Part shown: positions 1 to 55,641 of the stretch, piece by piece
Layout: each line of letters starts with the position of its first letter
Position numbering within the stretch: the first letter of the stretch is position 1
Assembly: GCA_012295275.1 (NCBI GenBank)
Contig: CM022668.1
Span: 7,812,001-7,876,000 of the forward strand
Source: Chrysomallon squamiferum
Taxonomy: Eukaryota; Animalia; Mollusca
Reading direction: 5' to 3'
DNA length: 64,000 nt
The notes under the pieces: model-generated
What the model was told of the DNA's origin: nothing
The model's database searches: none
What the model saw: the letters and a program-made list of their open reading frames with translations, nothing else
Program-made: the position numbers and the translations under genes

Positions 1-23144
<23,144 letters not shown>

Positions 23145-25652
23145 TTGAAGTAAACTCCCATTGGTCTGAGATACAGGAAAGCTGCTTAATAACCTAAAGA
23201 TGATAAAGTATTTAGCCAAAACCTGTGAAATACAGTGCTTAACTGAATGGTTATTAATTACTGACATTTTCATATTAAAAAGATGATCCATTTTTATAAA
23301 TTATTATTATTATTATTATTATTTTCTTTTCTTTTTCCTTTTTTTGTGGGGGGACAAAGAGCATGTGAAATAGAATACACTGTTGTGCTCTTAATAAATG
23401 CATGCTTTCATCAGTTTTCATAAAATTATAGATAATGCTAAAGGACCCTTCTTACAAACATTGAGCAGTTTGAAAATCCATTGTTTTTTGCTGTTTTTCT
23501 TTTTTGTTTCCTATTTTTCCTATTTTGCAATATTTGTTAATAAAATATTTTGGTTTTTGTTATTTCTGTCTCTTTTCATTTTCAAATCAGCCTCCATATG
23601 TTCACATAACTGGATCAACAATATGATCACAACAATTACAATCAACATCAGATATTAAGTCATAATAAATTTAGCATTCTATAGTGATTTGTGAAATTAT
23701 GTCCTTAGTTAATTCTAGATATTTTTTTTAATGCATGACTAATGCAGAATGTAATAGTATAAACATCTTTCTTAATGTTCAATGATTTCTTCAGATTAAT
23801 TAAATCTGCCAAGGCAGTGAGTTGAACAAATGAATATTAACCAAATGCTTTTAATAAAGACAACAAATAACTAAGAATTATTTTAGCAAGCTACTCCAAA
23901 ATGTGCTAAATTTATTCTTCTGATGTGTCAACAGTATAACATAAAATGCAATTATATATTTTATATTAGTATTTTGCACAGTTCCATTATGAAGAAGAAG
24001 AGGCTATTTTATTATCATTAGATTAACATGGTCTAACTGCAAGTCAAAAATTTTGAAAAACTGCAAACCAATTCCAGAAGTGAAAAACTGTATAGTGGTA
24101 TTCTATACATCTTTGTTGTAAGAAGCCTTCTAAACAGTTTGAAGCTTAGCTACAAAGTCATCTAGCCAAAATATTCCTCTCGAGGCCAGTAATGGAAAAA
24201 GGTGGTAGTATTTCCCTACCTTTTAATTACTGTTTATGTCAAATATCTGTGCTAGTACAGAGTTAGAGACCTTGATTAAATAGCCTTTGTTAAATTCTAT
24301 CAATTATAATTGTCTTATTATACTTGCATATTTTACTCGGCTTTCATAAACAAGAAGATATTATAAAGATACCTTGCCAACAGTATTTCTTTGATAATAT
24401 TATATTATCTTCTTGAATTAGAAATTAAGATAGACCTAAATTAGAGTAGTTAATAGATAACTGAATACTTATTAAAAATTGTCTGCCATTACTAAAAATT
24501 TTCATGGAAGAACTTACTAGCTTTTACCCTGTCCTTAGCATACCTATAGTTACAAAAAAATAAACAAACAAAAAATACATTTAAAGACTCAACTATGATG
24601 ACATTTCTTATGGGTACAAATAACATAAATCACACTCTACATTTATAGAATGGATAAATTTTAATTCACTGAAATTCAAGTATTAACTATTAATACAGAC
24701 ATACAAAATTTTAAATGTTTTCTTTTTGTGAGTTGTTAAACAGTAGAATGACAACAGCCATATTGGCACTTAGAATGATGTTATTACGTAATCCATAATA
24801 TTTTGGTTTGCAGATAAATTACCAAAATATCAATCTACTTTTCTACTTGTTAAAAATACTGGGGTAGGTGTATGTTAAATTTGGGTGACAGTGATACTAA
24901 AACAAGAAAAAAATTTAACAGACAACACTTCTATTAATTTTTTAAAACAAAGACTGATATAATTTATCCTTCAGATATTACAATCCATCAGTGTTTTACA
25001 GTTTACAAGAATAACAGTCGTGCTAATATACATCAGTATTACAAGGACCAATAGCATACAGATTCAATGAAAAAATTAACTTGTCTTTGATCAAAGAATG
25101 TCATTGTACAAGAAAGTGATCTGAGAAAGAGCCACAGAAAGGATTTAATTATAAGTCAGTAAAACATGAGATCTTATGAAACAAGTATGTGATTCAACAC
25201 CATAATTCTTAGTGAAAAACTGTTACAAAATACACTTATTAAACATAATAACATAATTGTACACATAATAAATAAATACATAATGTTTTTTTTTAAAGAC
25301 CCACCACCAACCCTCCTCTTGAATTGTTTTCTTAATTATTAATAAAAATGTTCATTTAATTTCTTTCTGAGCAGTAACATATTCAGTACAGGCCAAAGAG
25401 ATGTGTATATAAGTATTTGAATTATTTCTACATTTAAATATAAAAATATGATAAGAAACAGTGGAGTAGAACTTAAAAGATGTATCACTCTCTTATTACT
25501 AATGTGAATATACAGCAGAGAAAATTGCTATAAAAACACCTGATAACTTATATTCAAGTTCTGGTCTGTGTAGGAACTGAAGTAGAAATATCTATATTTA
25601 TTATTATTGTTACTGTTATTGTCATTATCATTTTATATGTCATCTAAACATT

Positions 25653-25741
<89 letters not shown>

Positions 25742-25901
25742 CCCTCCCCTATTGTTTATTTAATTAATAATTTGTTCAGGACATAAAGATAAACAAAAAA
25801 CAAATATATATAACTCCAAACTATGTATTAAGAAATTCAGTTTTTAATAATAATAACTGTGTCTATTTAGTTCAGTCACTTCAGCAAAATGAAACAATAA
25901 A

Positions 25902-33833
<7,932 letters not shown>

Positions 33834-34158
33834 ATAAAACATGAACGTCAACTGGAAATATAGAAAATATAATATCTGTACAAAAAAGTTATGATTCAAA
33901 TAGCACACAAAAATAAAAATTAAAATTAAGCATTTTAATGATACATAAAATGTACTGTAGCCCACAGTGAATTTTTCATTCTGGCTCATCAACTTCTTGT
34001 CTTCTCTGTTCTTTTCTCTTCTTAATTAATCTATTTTGTTAAATGACATACTGATAAGCACAATAATACTGAAACTTGCCTTTAAATCACTCGACATAGT
34101 TACGTTTATAGACAGCAGATGGCGTTCATTTCCTTTCTATTTTTATCGTTCAATCTTT

Positions 34159-34185
34159 TGACGTCAAATTTCACGTCATACGTCA
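34159..34185. promoter_or_regulatory. CRE palindrome TGACGTCA plus two ACGTCA half-sites upstream of gene B
   Basis: tgacgtca at 34159-66, cacgtca at 34172-78 and tacgtca at 34179-85, about 330 bp upstream of the gene B ATG, where CpG-containing DNA begins. Function is inferred. Confidence 0.4.
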
Positions 34186-35020
34186 TTGCAATTGTCGTAA
34201 TCAAGCTGTGCTTTTTGTTATTGTTATTTTAGTTTGTTTTTGTTTTATATTTTGTTTTGTTTGTTTGTTTTGTTCTTATTTTTCTTTTCTTTTTCCTTTT
34301 TTATTTTAAATATGTTGGTTTTTTTGATACTTCTATTGTTACGCTGTTCATTCTCAGTTGGATTTGTTTTACTGTTATATTATATATTCAGTGATGGATA
34401 CAGAAGCCCCATTTTTCAAACTTTATGAAAATGTCAGTGGTCATTTATTTAGTAATGCAATAGTGCAAGTGAAGATATTTTATTTGCTAATATCATTGTC
34501 ACATATTTGATAATTTCACAGTTAACTTGTCAAAATGAATTATTAAAATATCATCAGATCGATCAAAAAATAAGCAATCGGAGCTTTTGTGTAGCCCTAG
34601 TTCATAAACCCCACGGCCATCACTGATCATATATTATACTATATTATATTATGTTATATTACTCTATATTATGTTGCTATGTTATGTTAAGTTATATATT
34701 ATTATGTTGTTATTTTATATTAATTACCCGATGTTTTTCCCCGTATTGTATTATTATTATTATTATTATGGTTGTTGTTGTTGTTGTTGTTTTTGTTGTT
34801 GTTACTTCGAGTTTAACCGTCATTTAATATTAGTAAACCAAATATAATTATTGAATGAATTAATATTTTCTTAACAGCACTTCAAGTATTCAACACATTT
34901 TATTATGATTATAGATTGTATAACTATAGTTTCTGAAAGAAAGGAAACCCGTTGCAGTCATTTTATGAAGATCCTTCATGTCCTCCCTCATTTTCTTGTT
35001 GTTACTGTCTTTTACTAAAG

Positions 35021-35097
<77 letters not shown>

Positions 35098-36331
35098 AGT
35101 ACGTATTCTTTTCTTTCTTGTATTTATTTTTTAATAAAATAAATAATGTAATATGATATGCAGCACGCTTGACTACTCATGCACATCCATCAACAAGAAA
35201 AATAAATAAAATCAGTCAATGATGATAAACAAGTTTAAGCTGAATGCAAAGTTGACACGAAAATACGATAAACTTGACCAAGTATCAAATAATACACATT
35301 TATTTACTTATTTATTAATATTGTATATATATTAAACGATATAATAGTATATATTTTTGATATCAACGGTTGTCTTTTCCCCCTACATATTCTCGTATAG
35401 TGACGACTAATTAATAAATAATTAAGCATTAGAAAAAAGAAATATCTATATGTAGTCCCCGTTAAACACAAAAACAAATAAATATGTGAGTCTAAGAGAC
35501 TGGCTGGAATGTGATACAGTGTGGTTTGAGCCTGTAACCTCTAACGTCTCATGAACACGATATAAAGATTGACAAAAGCGCGACATTTTAATATCAGAAA
35601 AATCATGTATCTTCTTTTTTTTCTTTTATTTTGCTTCTTCTTCTTCTTCTTATTCTTCTTCTTCTTATTATTATTATTTAGTAGTGGTAGTAGTAGTAGT
35701 GGTGGTGGTGGCTGTAGTAGTAGTAGTATTTCTTGACTGTTTCTTTGCGGTAAATTAGACAGCTATGATTCAGAACTGGGTCATATTCACTACATATTAC
35801 TTAAGTTTTCGACTCAGAATTGCGAAATATCTCGTCACGCGCTTTAATCGTGACGAACTCGACTGGTTTATAAGTCTGCTACTACAGTTAGGACGTAATC
35901 TGTTAGTTTGAACGCTCGTACCCAGTGACACTCGCTGTTGTTTGCTTTTCACGCGAAATTCGAAAGTGCATTAATAATAATAAATAAATTAATAAATAAA
36001 TAAATTAATAAAAAAATAAAAAAAAAAAAAAAAAAAAGTAAATAAATAAAAATGTAATCGTTGCAATTAATATTACCATGTTAAACAAGGATAAATTTTA
36101 TTATCATTATTATTATTATTATGATTATTATTAATATTAGTAGTAGTAGTAGTAATAATAATAGTAGTACTAGTAGTAGTAATAGTGTTGTTGTTGTTAT
36201 GTTATTATTATTATTAGTATTAGTATTATTGTTGTCGTTGTTGATGTTATTAATATAAATTCCATTTCGAGCGTATCTGTGGGTGCTCACAATAGGTTTA
36301 AATAAATAAATAAAAAAATAAATAATAATAA

Positions 36332-36394
<63 letters not shown>

Positions 36395-36723
36395 CAGACT
36401 GTTGGGCAATAATGAACATTTAAAATTAGTTCAATGCGATTGTATCACTTCTAGAACTTACTTTGATATAAAAATACATATTGCCGGGACTTACCTCAAC
36501 TAAAAATATATTTAAATCATTTCATGTGATCCTGTTAAGCCTGTTTATATCCTGTTATTCGTCAGTTACATAGATAACGAATCTTACAGCTGTATAGCGA
36601 CTATAATTCATGTGTGTACAACAAACTGTACAGGCATTCCAGGAAACTGTTAGTAACAGGACGTTCGTTGTTAAGATAAAATGAAAAGTGTGCACGTGCC
36701 AAATTGGTAATAGTGGTGGTGGT

Positions 36724-36804
<81 letters not shown>

Positions 36805-38295
36805 TAAACTGAAAATTTCAGTTAAACAACAATAAATCTGAATCCAGAAATTATTAATGAGCTATAACTATTAACGGTGTTTCATACTTTCTGAAGGAAA
36901 ATCTTTTCTTATGCGACCTACGTTTTCAGCTTGCGACCTACTTTTAAAATGACCATGTCAAAATGATCTACCTGTATTAAAAAAAGGCTAAATTTATTTA
37001 TTGATATTATTTATTTATGCATGAGTATATATATATATATATATATACAATATATATTAGCGCACCTTGCATCACTGCAGGAACCCTTACGACACAACAC
37101 AACTGAACACATTTGTGTTCACTCCCTTACTCTGATCTCTTGCACCGAAAGGCGCACGATTTACCCGAAATACATTGATCGACCGTCATCGACCAGGTAA
37201 GGCCACTTAAACTAAATTAGTAGATTCCTGTCAGAAATTTGAAAATTTATATGTGTATGTTTTTTGTGCATATGTGTGCAAGTGTGTGTGCATATAGGTG
37301 TGTCTGTGCAAAAACTACTTTAAATTCAGACGAAATGACATGTCATTAAATGTAGCAATTAAATGGGATGAATAACGCGTCAAGGCGGATGATATCTTGA
37401 AATCCAGAGCATCTGTATTATTTACTCATGAATAAAAACATACGCGTGTTGCTGAGCACATGCACAATGGTGCTTAATTCAAGAAACTATATTTACGATG
37501 GTAAAGGCTTTAGCCATTTTTGATATTTATACAGTCATAAGAACCTATCCTATATATCTCACAATATAAAAAAAAAAAAAAAAAAATGTTCTAGTTTTTA
37601 TTTTGTAAGTCTATTCACCGATATCCATAAAACGAAACGTTTTACGGATGTTCTATAAACTTAATATTTAAAATGTATGTTGTTAAGTAATGGCCAAAAT
37701 ACATTGTCTGTATAGCTGTCTTGATGTCTATCGGCCAGTCCTTGTTATTAAAACAGTACGACTATTTCGCCGCCATTTTGTTCCAGGTGAATTTATCCTG
37801 TGACATCATCACTTATAATAATAATAATAATGATGATCATGATGATGACGAATGCAGAACTAATTATACAAATCAATAAATTTCAAGAGTTTTGCTAGTC
37901 AAAGTTGTTTATTCTGATGACTATTACCAGTTTGAACGATTGATCAGTAAGTAAAAACACAGATCGAATGTTTCACCCACATATCACATGATACACACTT
38001 TCACAATAACAGGAAATATAACATTGTCCCGTTTTACTGGCTTTTTCATGGTTCACAGAATATAATTTTTATTACATTTTATTTTTTTATTTATTATAGA
38101 TATAGCGGGAGGGGTATTACGGTGATGTTTTTTATTATTATTATATTTTATTTTATTTATTTACTTACTTATTACTAATTTTTATACGGATATTGGGTCA
38201 GTTTTCAAATCATGTTCATGGCTGACAGAATATACTGTGTCGTTAATTTAATATAATTTAATTTAATTTGATTTATTCATTTATTTATTTTATTA

Positions 38296-38346
<51 letters not shown>

Positions 38347-38892
38347 GTAGTGGGAAGGCATTATGGTCATTTTTTTTTTTTATTATTATTTTTTTTTTTT
38401 TATTCATTCTATTTTATTTATTTATTTACTTACTTATTACTTACTTTCATACGGATATTGTGTCAGTTCTAGGAACTCGGTGCTCATTGTGAAATGACCG
38501 AAAATTTCCACATACATTCCGTGTCATAGCGACAGTGACGTCGTATGAATCGAGGGCAGTTCTAAGAAACTTATAGGGTACAATAACAGTAACAATACTA
38601 TTTACCTTTCCTAAACTACCTCAAATGTTAATTGTCCACATATATTATTTACTTTTTATTTGACTAGCAACATATTTAAAAAAAAAAGAATTAATAATAT
38701 ATATCTACAAATAAATAAAACTAGCAATTGTTCATAATAAATATATCGGTAAAAGGTTAACAACCCCTCTCCTTGAAAGAAATGGACTCGCCCATGTAAA
38801 CATTTGTCGGAAAGTGACGTGAGTAAACGAGTATCTTATAATCTTTAAATATTCACACTGACATTTTATTATTACAACACTGATTTAGAAAG

Positions 38893-42681
<3,789 letters not shown>

Positions 42682-44599
42682 CTGGTTAACCGCCAACCAT
42701 ATTCCGAGGGTAATAATGTCCGCTGACATCCACAGTAGATGTTTTAACAAGTCTTAATTATTAGAATGTTTTTCTCTGCATTGAATCCAGTTTTCTACAG
42801 GGTAAGTTGAGATATGAAATGAAATGATTAACTGTTCGTGTGCAGATTTTACTGATATCAACATTTCCCACGTATGAAAGAGAGTTTCAGTTTTTATTTT
42901 TGTAATCGTTGTATTCTGAGCGTGAAAGAAAATCTCATTGTCAAATAAAAAGCAAAAAAAAAAAAAAAATCATTACTGATTTACAGATTTCAGATTTAAA
43001 CTAATTTTATTTCTAGGTTTTTTAATAAATAATAATTTTCACCTTTCATTCTGTTTACTATGCTGCCAAAATAACATCTGAAAATAGTAAAAATGACCAA
43101 AAACCTTCTCTCCGCAAATCACGTTCATTATCTTCAACAACCGCATGCAGATAGGTGTTGTTTGTTTCCCATAAAGAATATCAAATAGTAATTTCTTCAG
43201 TAATTCGAGTCAGGCTATAAATAGCTCAGTGATCTAATGTCGGCCATTATGGCGTCATGGTCTTGGTTCATATTTTCTTCAGAAATACGAATTTATTATA
43301 TTAACCTCTTCATAATTAATAACATGGAACGGTTTTCTTAAGGACCACCATAAATAAAACTTTTATATAATTATTTCATCTTGCCTTCATAAATATAAAG
43401 TTTGTTTAGTACCGTTCCCATTATTTGAAAAAAATCACAACGTATAATGTTTTTAATATCCTTTCTCCTTTTGTATAACCGTCATTATTATACTGATGGT
43501 GATGATGATAATGATGATTATTATATTAACATCTTTACGACTAAAACCGAATGCTTGAACGGTAATTTAATTAACCTTCACCATATATAAAGGTTTTATA
43601 TAATTATTTTTATATGTTGCCTTCACTAATCAAAATTATATGTATTTATGATCTTAAGTAAACCGTCCTGAATAAAGACCTTATTAAGCACCACCGAGAA
43701 AGGTGAATATTTTATGCAATTTCCTCTTGAATAAAACTACGAAACAACCGCGCACAATGAATGAATAAAGAGCCGGTAGACTGTCATTTTCACTCCATTG
43801 TTCTTGTTATAAGACTATAAGTTTGGTTATTGTCATGTAATACATTTTGTTATTTATTCGAAGCAATTTAACTGAATTAATGTATTTATAAAATTTAACT
43901 TTATTTTTAAAGACTAGAATTCGTATTGCACAGAAGAAGAATTTTTGAAATGTTCTGAATACATATATAGTTATTAAATCTGTGAGTTTTAAAACAATAA
44001 AAAGTAAAAAAGTAAAACATAAAACGAATTATAGTAAACATAAATTATAATTTTTACATTATTATTGCTTTTATAAACATTATTAATATGTGTTTTTATT
44101 ATGTAAAGATTATATACCTTATAATTTAAAATGAAATATTTTTCAATTTTTAAAAATTAATATTAATAATAATGATGATGGTAATGACAGTGGCACTGAT
44201 TACAAAAGGTAAAATAATTTACCTGTTTAACTGTATTGTTGAACTATGTAGTTGTTTTTATTTAGTTTTTATTAATGTATATATATATTGTATATAATCT
44301 ATATAAAATGTTATGTTTTCTTTTTGAAATAAATTTGATTTAGTTTGATAAAGTTTAGTGTTTGAGTATTTTTGTTTTCTAAACTACTTAATATGTTTTT
44401 AACCGAATTGTTACGCAACCGAATTTTTTCAAAATCACCGAATATTACATGTAAAAACAAACAATATATCTGGTGAATTTTAAATACTACTTCTTATTTC
44501 AAAACAAATACGTGCACATTAATACACAAAGAAACAATACTTTTGACATACACCTAGTATATATATAGTGAGTGAAGTTATATATATATATATATATAT

Positions 44600-44777
44600 A
44601 TATATTGGTTATTTGGTATATTTGGAAATCACAAATGTTGGCGTCGTCTATAAAATCCCCCAAAAGAGACAAAATTGTTTCTTTTTGTCATTTTTTAAAA
44701 TTAAAATTGATTAATTAACTTATTAATAATTAATTAATTATTATTATTATTTTAATTGTTGTTGTTGTTATTATTGC

Positions 44778-44838
<61 letters not shown>

Positions 44839-45587
44839 AAATAACGACACGTACAGAGTAAGATGTGCAGATTTGTAACATCTGTAGATTTTTATTTTTA
44901 ATATAATCATATAAGAATAATGTATCACAGGACATCTCAGGTCAATAGACAAACGTTTATTAGGTCTGTGTAAATTAAGTGACGTCAGTTCTACGTAAAT
45001 TTACTTGGTGCATGACTTGTTGGGTAAAATGAAATGATCACATCGTGATGATGTTGATGATTATGATAACGATGATCATGGTGGTGGTGACGATGGTGAT
45101 GATGATATTTATGATGATGATGATTATGATAGTTGTGATGATGATTATTGTAATGATAATGATTGTAGTACTAATGATTCTGATCGTGATACTGATGATG
45201 ATAATGGTGGTAATGATGACCATAATGATGATGATGATGATTATCATGATGGTATTGGTGATAATAATAAAAATATAATATAGAAAATATTGCGAAATAG
45301 ATAATTAAAACAAAACCTAATTACAATTATTAATTAATCTTTATCGTAGTTTTCTGAATATTACTACGAACATCTTACATAAAATAAATGGATAATTTAA
45401 CAGATAGATATATAATTAATTTGACCAATAATAAAACAACAACAACAGCAATTATTCACTGAAGTCAATTTCCCAGTATTACTACCCTTTAGAATAAATA
45501 CGAGTGAATTACTTTATTACAGTTGTTTGATTTTTTCCAGATGAATCTTGTATAGCATATTTTTAACAGATCTAATTAATTTTGCAG

Positions 45588-45627
<40 letters not shown>

Positions 45628-47516
45628 AATAATTATACTAATAGCAATAACAATAATAATCATCTTCATCATCATCATCATTGTCATCATCAACCATCAC
45701 AGTTATCATTTTAGTTAATACAACCAAAATAATCCTTTACGTTTTCTTTCTTTCTTTCTTTTTATTATTGTTTTTTAAATTCTTCTTCTTATTATTATTA
45801 TTATTGTAATTTTTATTATTATTATTATCATTTATTTATTTAAAGAGGTAAAAAACCTTTAACTACAGAATTCAGAAGATGATATCATGATCTGTATTAC
45901 ACAAAATTTCACATGCATGTAGATATAATAATAACCTAAAATTAAAAACACAAAAAAAAACCCAAACTCTGTTCTCTGCTTTGCTAACCCATTTCCAAAA
46001 TATATATCAGTCTATACCTCCCCCGTTTCATCAGATTTGACCTGCCCAGTTTCATCAATCTATGCCTCCCCTGTTTCATCAATCTATACCTCCCCCGTTT
46101 TATCAGTCTAGACCTCCCCCGTTTCATCAGATTTGACCTGCCCAGTTTTATCAGTCTATGCCTCCCCTGTTTCATCAGTCTTGACCTCCCCCGTTTTATC
46201 AGTCTATGCCTCCCCCGTTTCATCAATCTAGCCCTCCCCCGTTTCATCAATCTAGCCCTCCCCCGTTTCATCAATCTATACCTCCCCCGTTTCATCAATC
46301 TAGCCCTCCCCCGTTTCATCAATCTAGCCCTCCCTCGTTTCATCACTCTAGCCCTCCCCCTTTTCATCAATCTAGACCTCCCCTGTGTCTTGTTGCTAAT
46401 CTGTACATCAATAAATAGATCGATAACTAATAACGTTCAAGGCCAGCTAAGTTGATCAGAAGCAAAATATTATTCGAAGTATTCAGTTGTTTTTATACAT
46501 GGTTTGTCTCTATATGTTTTTTACTGGCTAGAACAATGTTTCTCGGTTAGTAGGTCGCTAGTCACAGACAAAAAGGAAGGTCATTTTGTCGTTAGGTGCG
46601 TGTTTCTAAGTATACATAATCGTTCAAGTTGGTGCAAATGTTCCATAAGTCGGCACATTATTTGTATTTTTTTTTTTTCTGTTATTATTATTATTTTATT
46701 TTATTTTATTTTATTTATTTATTTATTTTTGGGTGGGTTTTTTTCAAGAACAATAATAATAATAACAACAATAGCTGTCGTTGTAGCAGTAATAGTAATA
46801 AGAATAACGACAACAACAATAGTAATAGTGATAGTAGTAGTAATGATAAAAAATATTTAAAAATAACAACAACAACGATAATAATAATAATAATAAGAAG
46901 AAGAAGAAGAAGAAGAAGAACTACATGAACAAAAACAGTAGCATTAGTAGTAGTAGTAGCTGCTGTTGTAGTAGTAATAATGATACATTTCAAGTTCTGC
47001 TTATGTCCCGTAAGCTAGTGCTACAGATGTTTTTTTGTCAGCTACTATTATTTATTTAATTTGTATTAATAAGGGAGAATTATCGAGATATAAAGAGAAA
47101 CAATAATTTTAAGTTAAAAATTAAGTTACTGCCTTCACGTCAAAATACAAATTTTACTTTTTAACGAAACAAGGAAGAAATACAGGTATTTATTATTTAC
47201 ATTGGACGAGTGCTTCAGTTTAATCTATTTCATATCGACAAACATTTACTGAATTTTCAGACTGCTGTGTAGATTTAGCAGCTAGTGGAATATATATTTT
47301 GTATAATAATACTATTAATATAAGAGAATATTCATTTTACAAATAGAGTTATTTTTACCTATTTTGTTGTAAAATAACTGTGCCTAGATGTATCCTGTTT
47401 CGAAGGCTATAAATATATCTTATGCTGAATTTGTTTTTTGTATTAGATACACACAAACTAATTTATAACTACTTATGTATGTTATATATTTCTGAGTGTA
47501 CGATTGTGTTTGTGTG

Positions 47517-47575
<59 letters not shown>

Positions 47576-47650
47576 ATTACCTAATGCAATATTAACTGAA
47601 ATTCATAATTAGCATTTAATACTAGTGCTGATACCAATTTTGATATATAT
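44600..47650 (-). pseudogene. Collinear decayed duplicate of the gene E locus (about 49780-57040) with coding exons mostly lost
   Basis: Ordered homology blocks: 44605~49783, 44840~50112, 45020~50380, 45400-45500~50790-50940, 45845~52790, 24-bp minisatellite 46003~53040, 46990~55260, 47150-47640~55680-57030. Confidence 0.75.
46003..46386. repeat. 24-bp minisatellite (about 16 units)
   Basis: Unit approximately tttcatcaatctagacctcccccg; source of the spurious RGR and PPPFHQ ORFs. Confidence 0.9.
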
Positions 47651-47960
47651 ATATATAAATAAATAAATAAAATCATTTAAAAGTGTATCTAAAATTGGCA
47701 TAGTTTCGAAATAATCATTCAAAAAACAAAAGTTATATGTGGTTCAACAGTTTCATTCTTTCGCTTGCTGTTTTCTTCCTTACTCATTACAAAGCCCTCA
47801 TACCATAATCATCACCATCATAATTGTTATCCTTCTTCTTTGTCTTCTTCTTATTATTTTTTTATTTTTGTATAATTGTTTTTACTGTTATCATTATTGT
47901 TCTCGATCTTTTGTTTCCTCCTTCATCCTCTTGTTGTTGTTGTTGTTGATGCTGTTGTTG

Positions 47961-48030
<70 letters not shown>

Positions 48031-48038
48031 TTTTTCAG

Positions 48039-48775
48039 CGTAGGCGTTATTATTGTGATAGGTCTTGGGTGCGTCGTAGAAGTCAATAATGTTTTCTTCA
48101 TTTGCACTATTTTCATCAGTAAAAAGTCATCAGACAGAAAGTTTTCTAAGAAAGCAACAAAAGGTATGAATTGTCGTATTAATAAATAAAATTTGCCAAT
48201 AGTCATATGACCAGAATAACTGTAATAAACTTTTTATAATTTCATGTCACTGATTTTGTTTTGTTTTCTAGTAATGAATGATGTAACAACAACTAGAATA
48301 AAAGGAAAGCAGGAAGGATGTAATTTCTTCTTGTTTTGAGTTTTCATCTAAATAAATAAATAAATAATTAAAATAAAATAAAATAAAATAAAAACTGAAT
48401 AAATAAATAAATAAACAAATAAATAAATAAATAACACATTTTTATGTTTTAAGAAAATGTTGTTATGTCATACAGGCTTATTACGAAGTACTGGTGTCAA
48501 AAACTAGAAAAATGTATTGTGGCTGTTTGTTTGTACATGACATATATACTTCAAAATCAGCACATGTCAGTAAATAAGTATCAACTATAATAATAATAAT
48601 AATAATAATAAATGGCCAGTGATATTTTTTGTTTTAATATTTTAAAGTGTGTGAAGATTTTACAGTGAGGTACCCTGACCCGGGTGTGGTCTAGACGACG
48701 CCCCCTGTGCTGCAGAACCACGCCCTCCCTACGATAACAAGACACAGTACTCGGGACAACCTCTTCATAACTAAT
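48039..48775 (+). pseudogene. Partial decayed duplicate of gene C (TM exon and PPxY exon)
   Basis: 48039-48163 is homologous to 41511-41638 (VGVIIVIGLGCVVEVNNVFFICTIF..., now with polar residues in the TM). The copy of exon 42101-42208 at 48666 has tac>tag (GVV*) and a 1-bp deletion. Intron 48440-48650 matches 41820-42060, and 48815-49020 matches gene C 3' sequence. Confidence 0.8.
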
Positions 48776-49195
48776 AACAGATCATCACAGACAAAGTGTT
48801 TATATCGTTGTTCTTGTTTCGTATAACCGTCATTAACATGCTGATGATTAATTATATAAAATCTATATAAAATGTTATGTGTTTTTACTTTTGTTGTTTT
48901 TTAAAATAAATTTGATTTATTTTGATAAATTTAGTGTTTGAGTTTTCTGTTTTCTAAGTCACTATGTTTTTTTTTTTAACGGCATTGCTAGTTCATCGGA
49001 TTTTTGAAAATCACCGGATATTAGAAGCTGAATTTAATGATAATTCTGTAAGGATAATAATTTTGAAAGAAGAAATCTGCCGCTTCATAATGATATATCT
49101 TTATGATTAGCAGAAAGGATCCTTTAAACAGACCCTTTCATAAACAGGAGACAACATAACACAGTCTGTGATTAACTAATTTGTGTAGCATTAAC

Positions 49196-49251
<56 letters not shown>

Positions 49252-50279
49252 GATAAATAAATAAATAAAAGAAACGAGATAAATTTAGCACACTTCTGTT
49301 ATCTTTCAGAAACGAAGGAACAAAAATGTATATCAGTATTTGTAATATCACTCGATTGTCTGTCTAAATTTTAATTAATATATTACAAAACAACTGAAAT
49401 ATTATATAATAATTTTATTAAACTGAAATATAAACAGAACGCAAGCAAGAATATTAATAAATTATTGATTGTAGATACTGGAAAAATGATTTTAATAACT
49501 TCTGGACAAAGCTAATAATAGCCTAAATGAGAAAGATGATTTGGGCCTAGAAAGTTTTGCAATATAAAAATAATTTTGTGAAGAGGTCAAATTCTTTGGA
49601 GGTCTTTCTCAACTGGTTATATAAAATACAAAAATATAAAAATAAATGAACAATCTGTCCGGTTTAAATACTGTCTGTTATTTCAAAACAAATATGTACA
49701 CATTAATACACTCTAAAAAAACCAATGCTGTAGGCACACTCAGAATATATGTAGTGAATGAAGTTTTATATATCTTTAAATATTGGTTATTGTATATTTT
49801 GAAATCACAAATATTACTCTCCTCTATAAAATTAAAAAAAAATAATAATAATAATAAAATTGTCCTTGTTTCTTTGTTCCATTTTATAATTAAAATTAAC
49901 ATTTGTAGAATTTTATTATAAATATAACTGTACCACAATAATGTATCACACGGTATCACAGGTAACAAAAACATTACTAACACACAAACATCTATTAGAT
50001 CAGTGTATACATTCTGTGACATTAGTTCTCCGTGAAGTTTCCTTGTTTCCTTCTTTCATTTTTAAAACTAAAATTACTTAATTAACTTATTTATTATTAT
50101 TATTATTATTATTATAAAATAACGACAGGTTTAGAGTAAGATATGTTGTTTTGTAATATTTATAGAATTACATCACAATAATGTATCACAGGATGTCACA
50201 AGTAGGTAATAAAAATATTAGTAACACACAAACGTCTATTAGGTCAGTAGCAATCCTGTGACGTCATCACTCCGTACAT

Positions 50280-55641
<5,362 letters not shown>

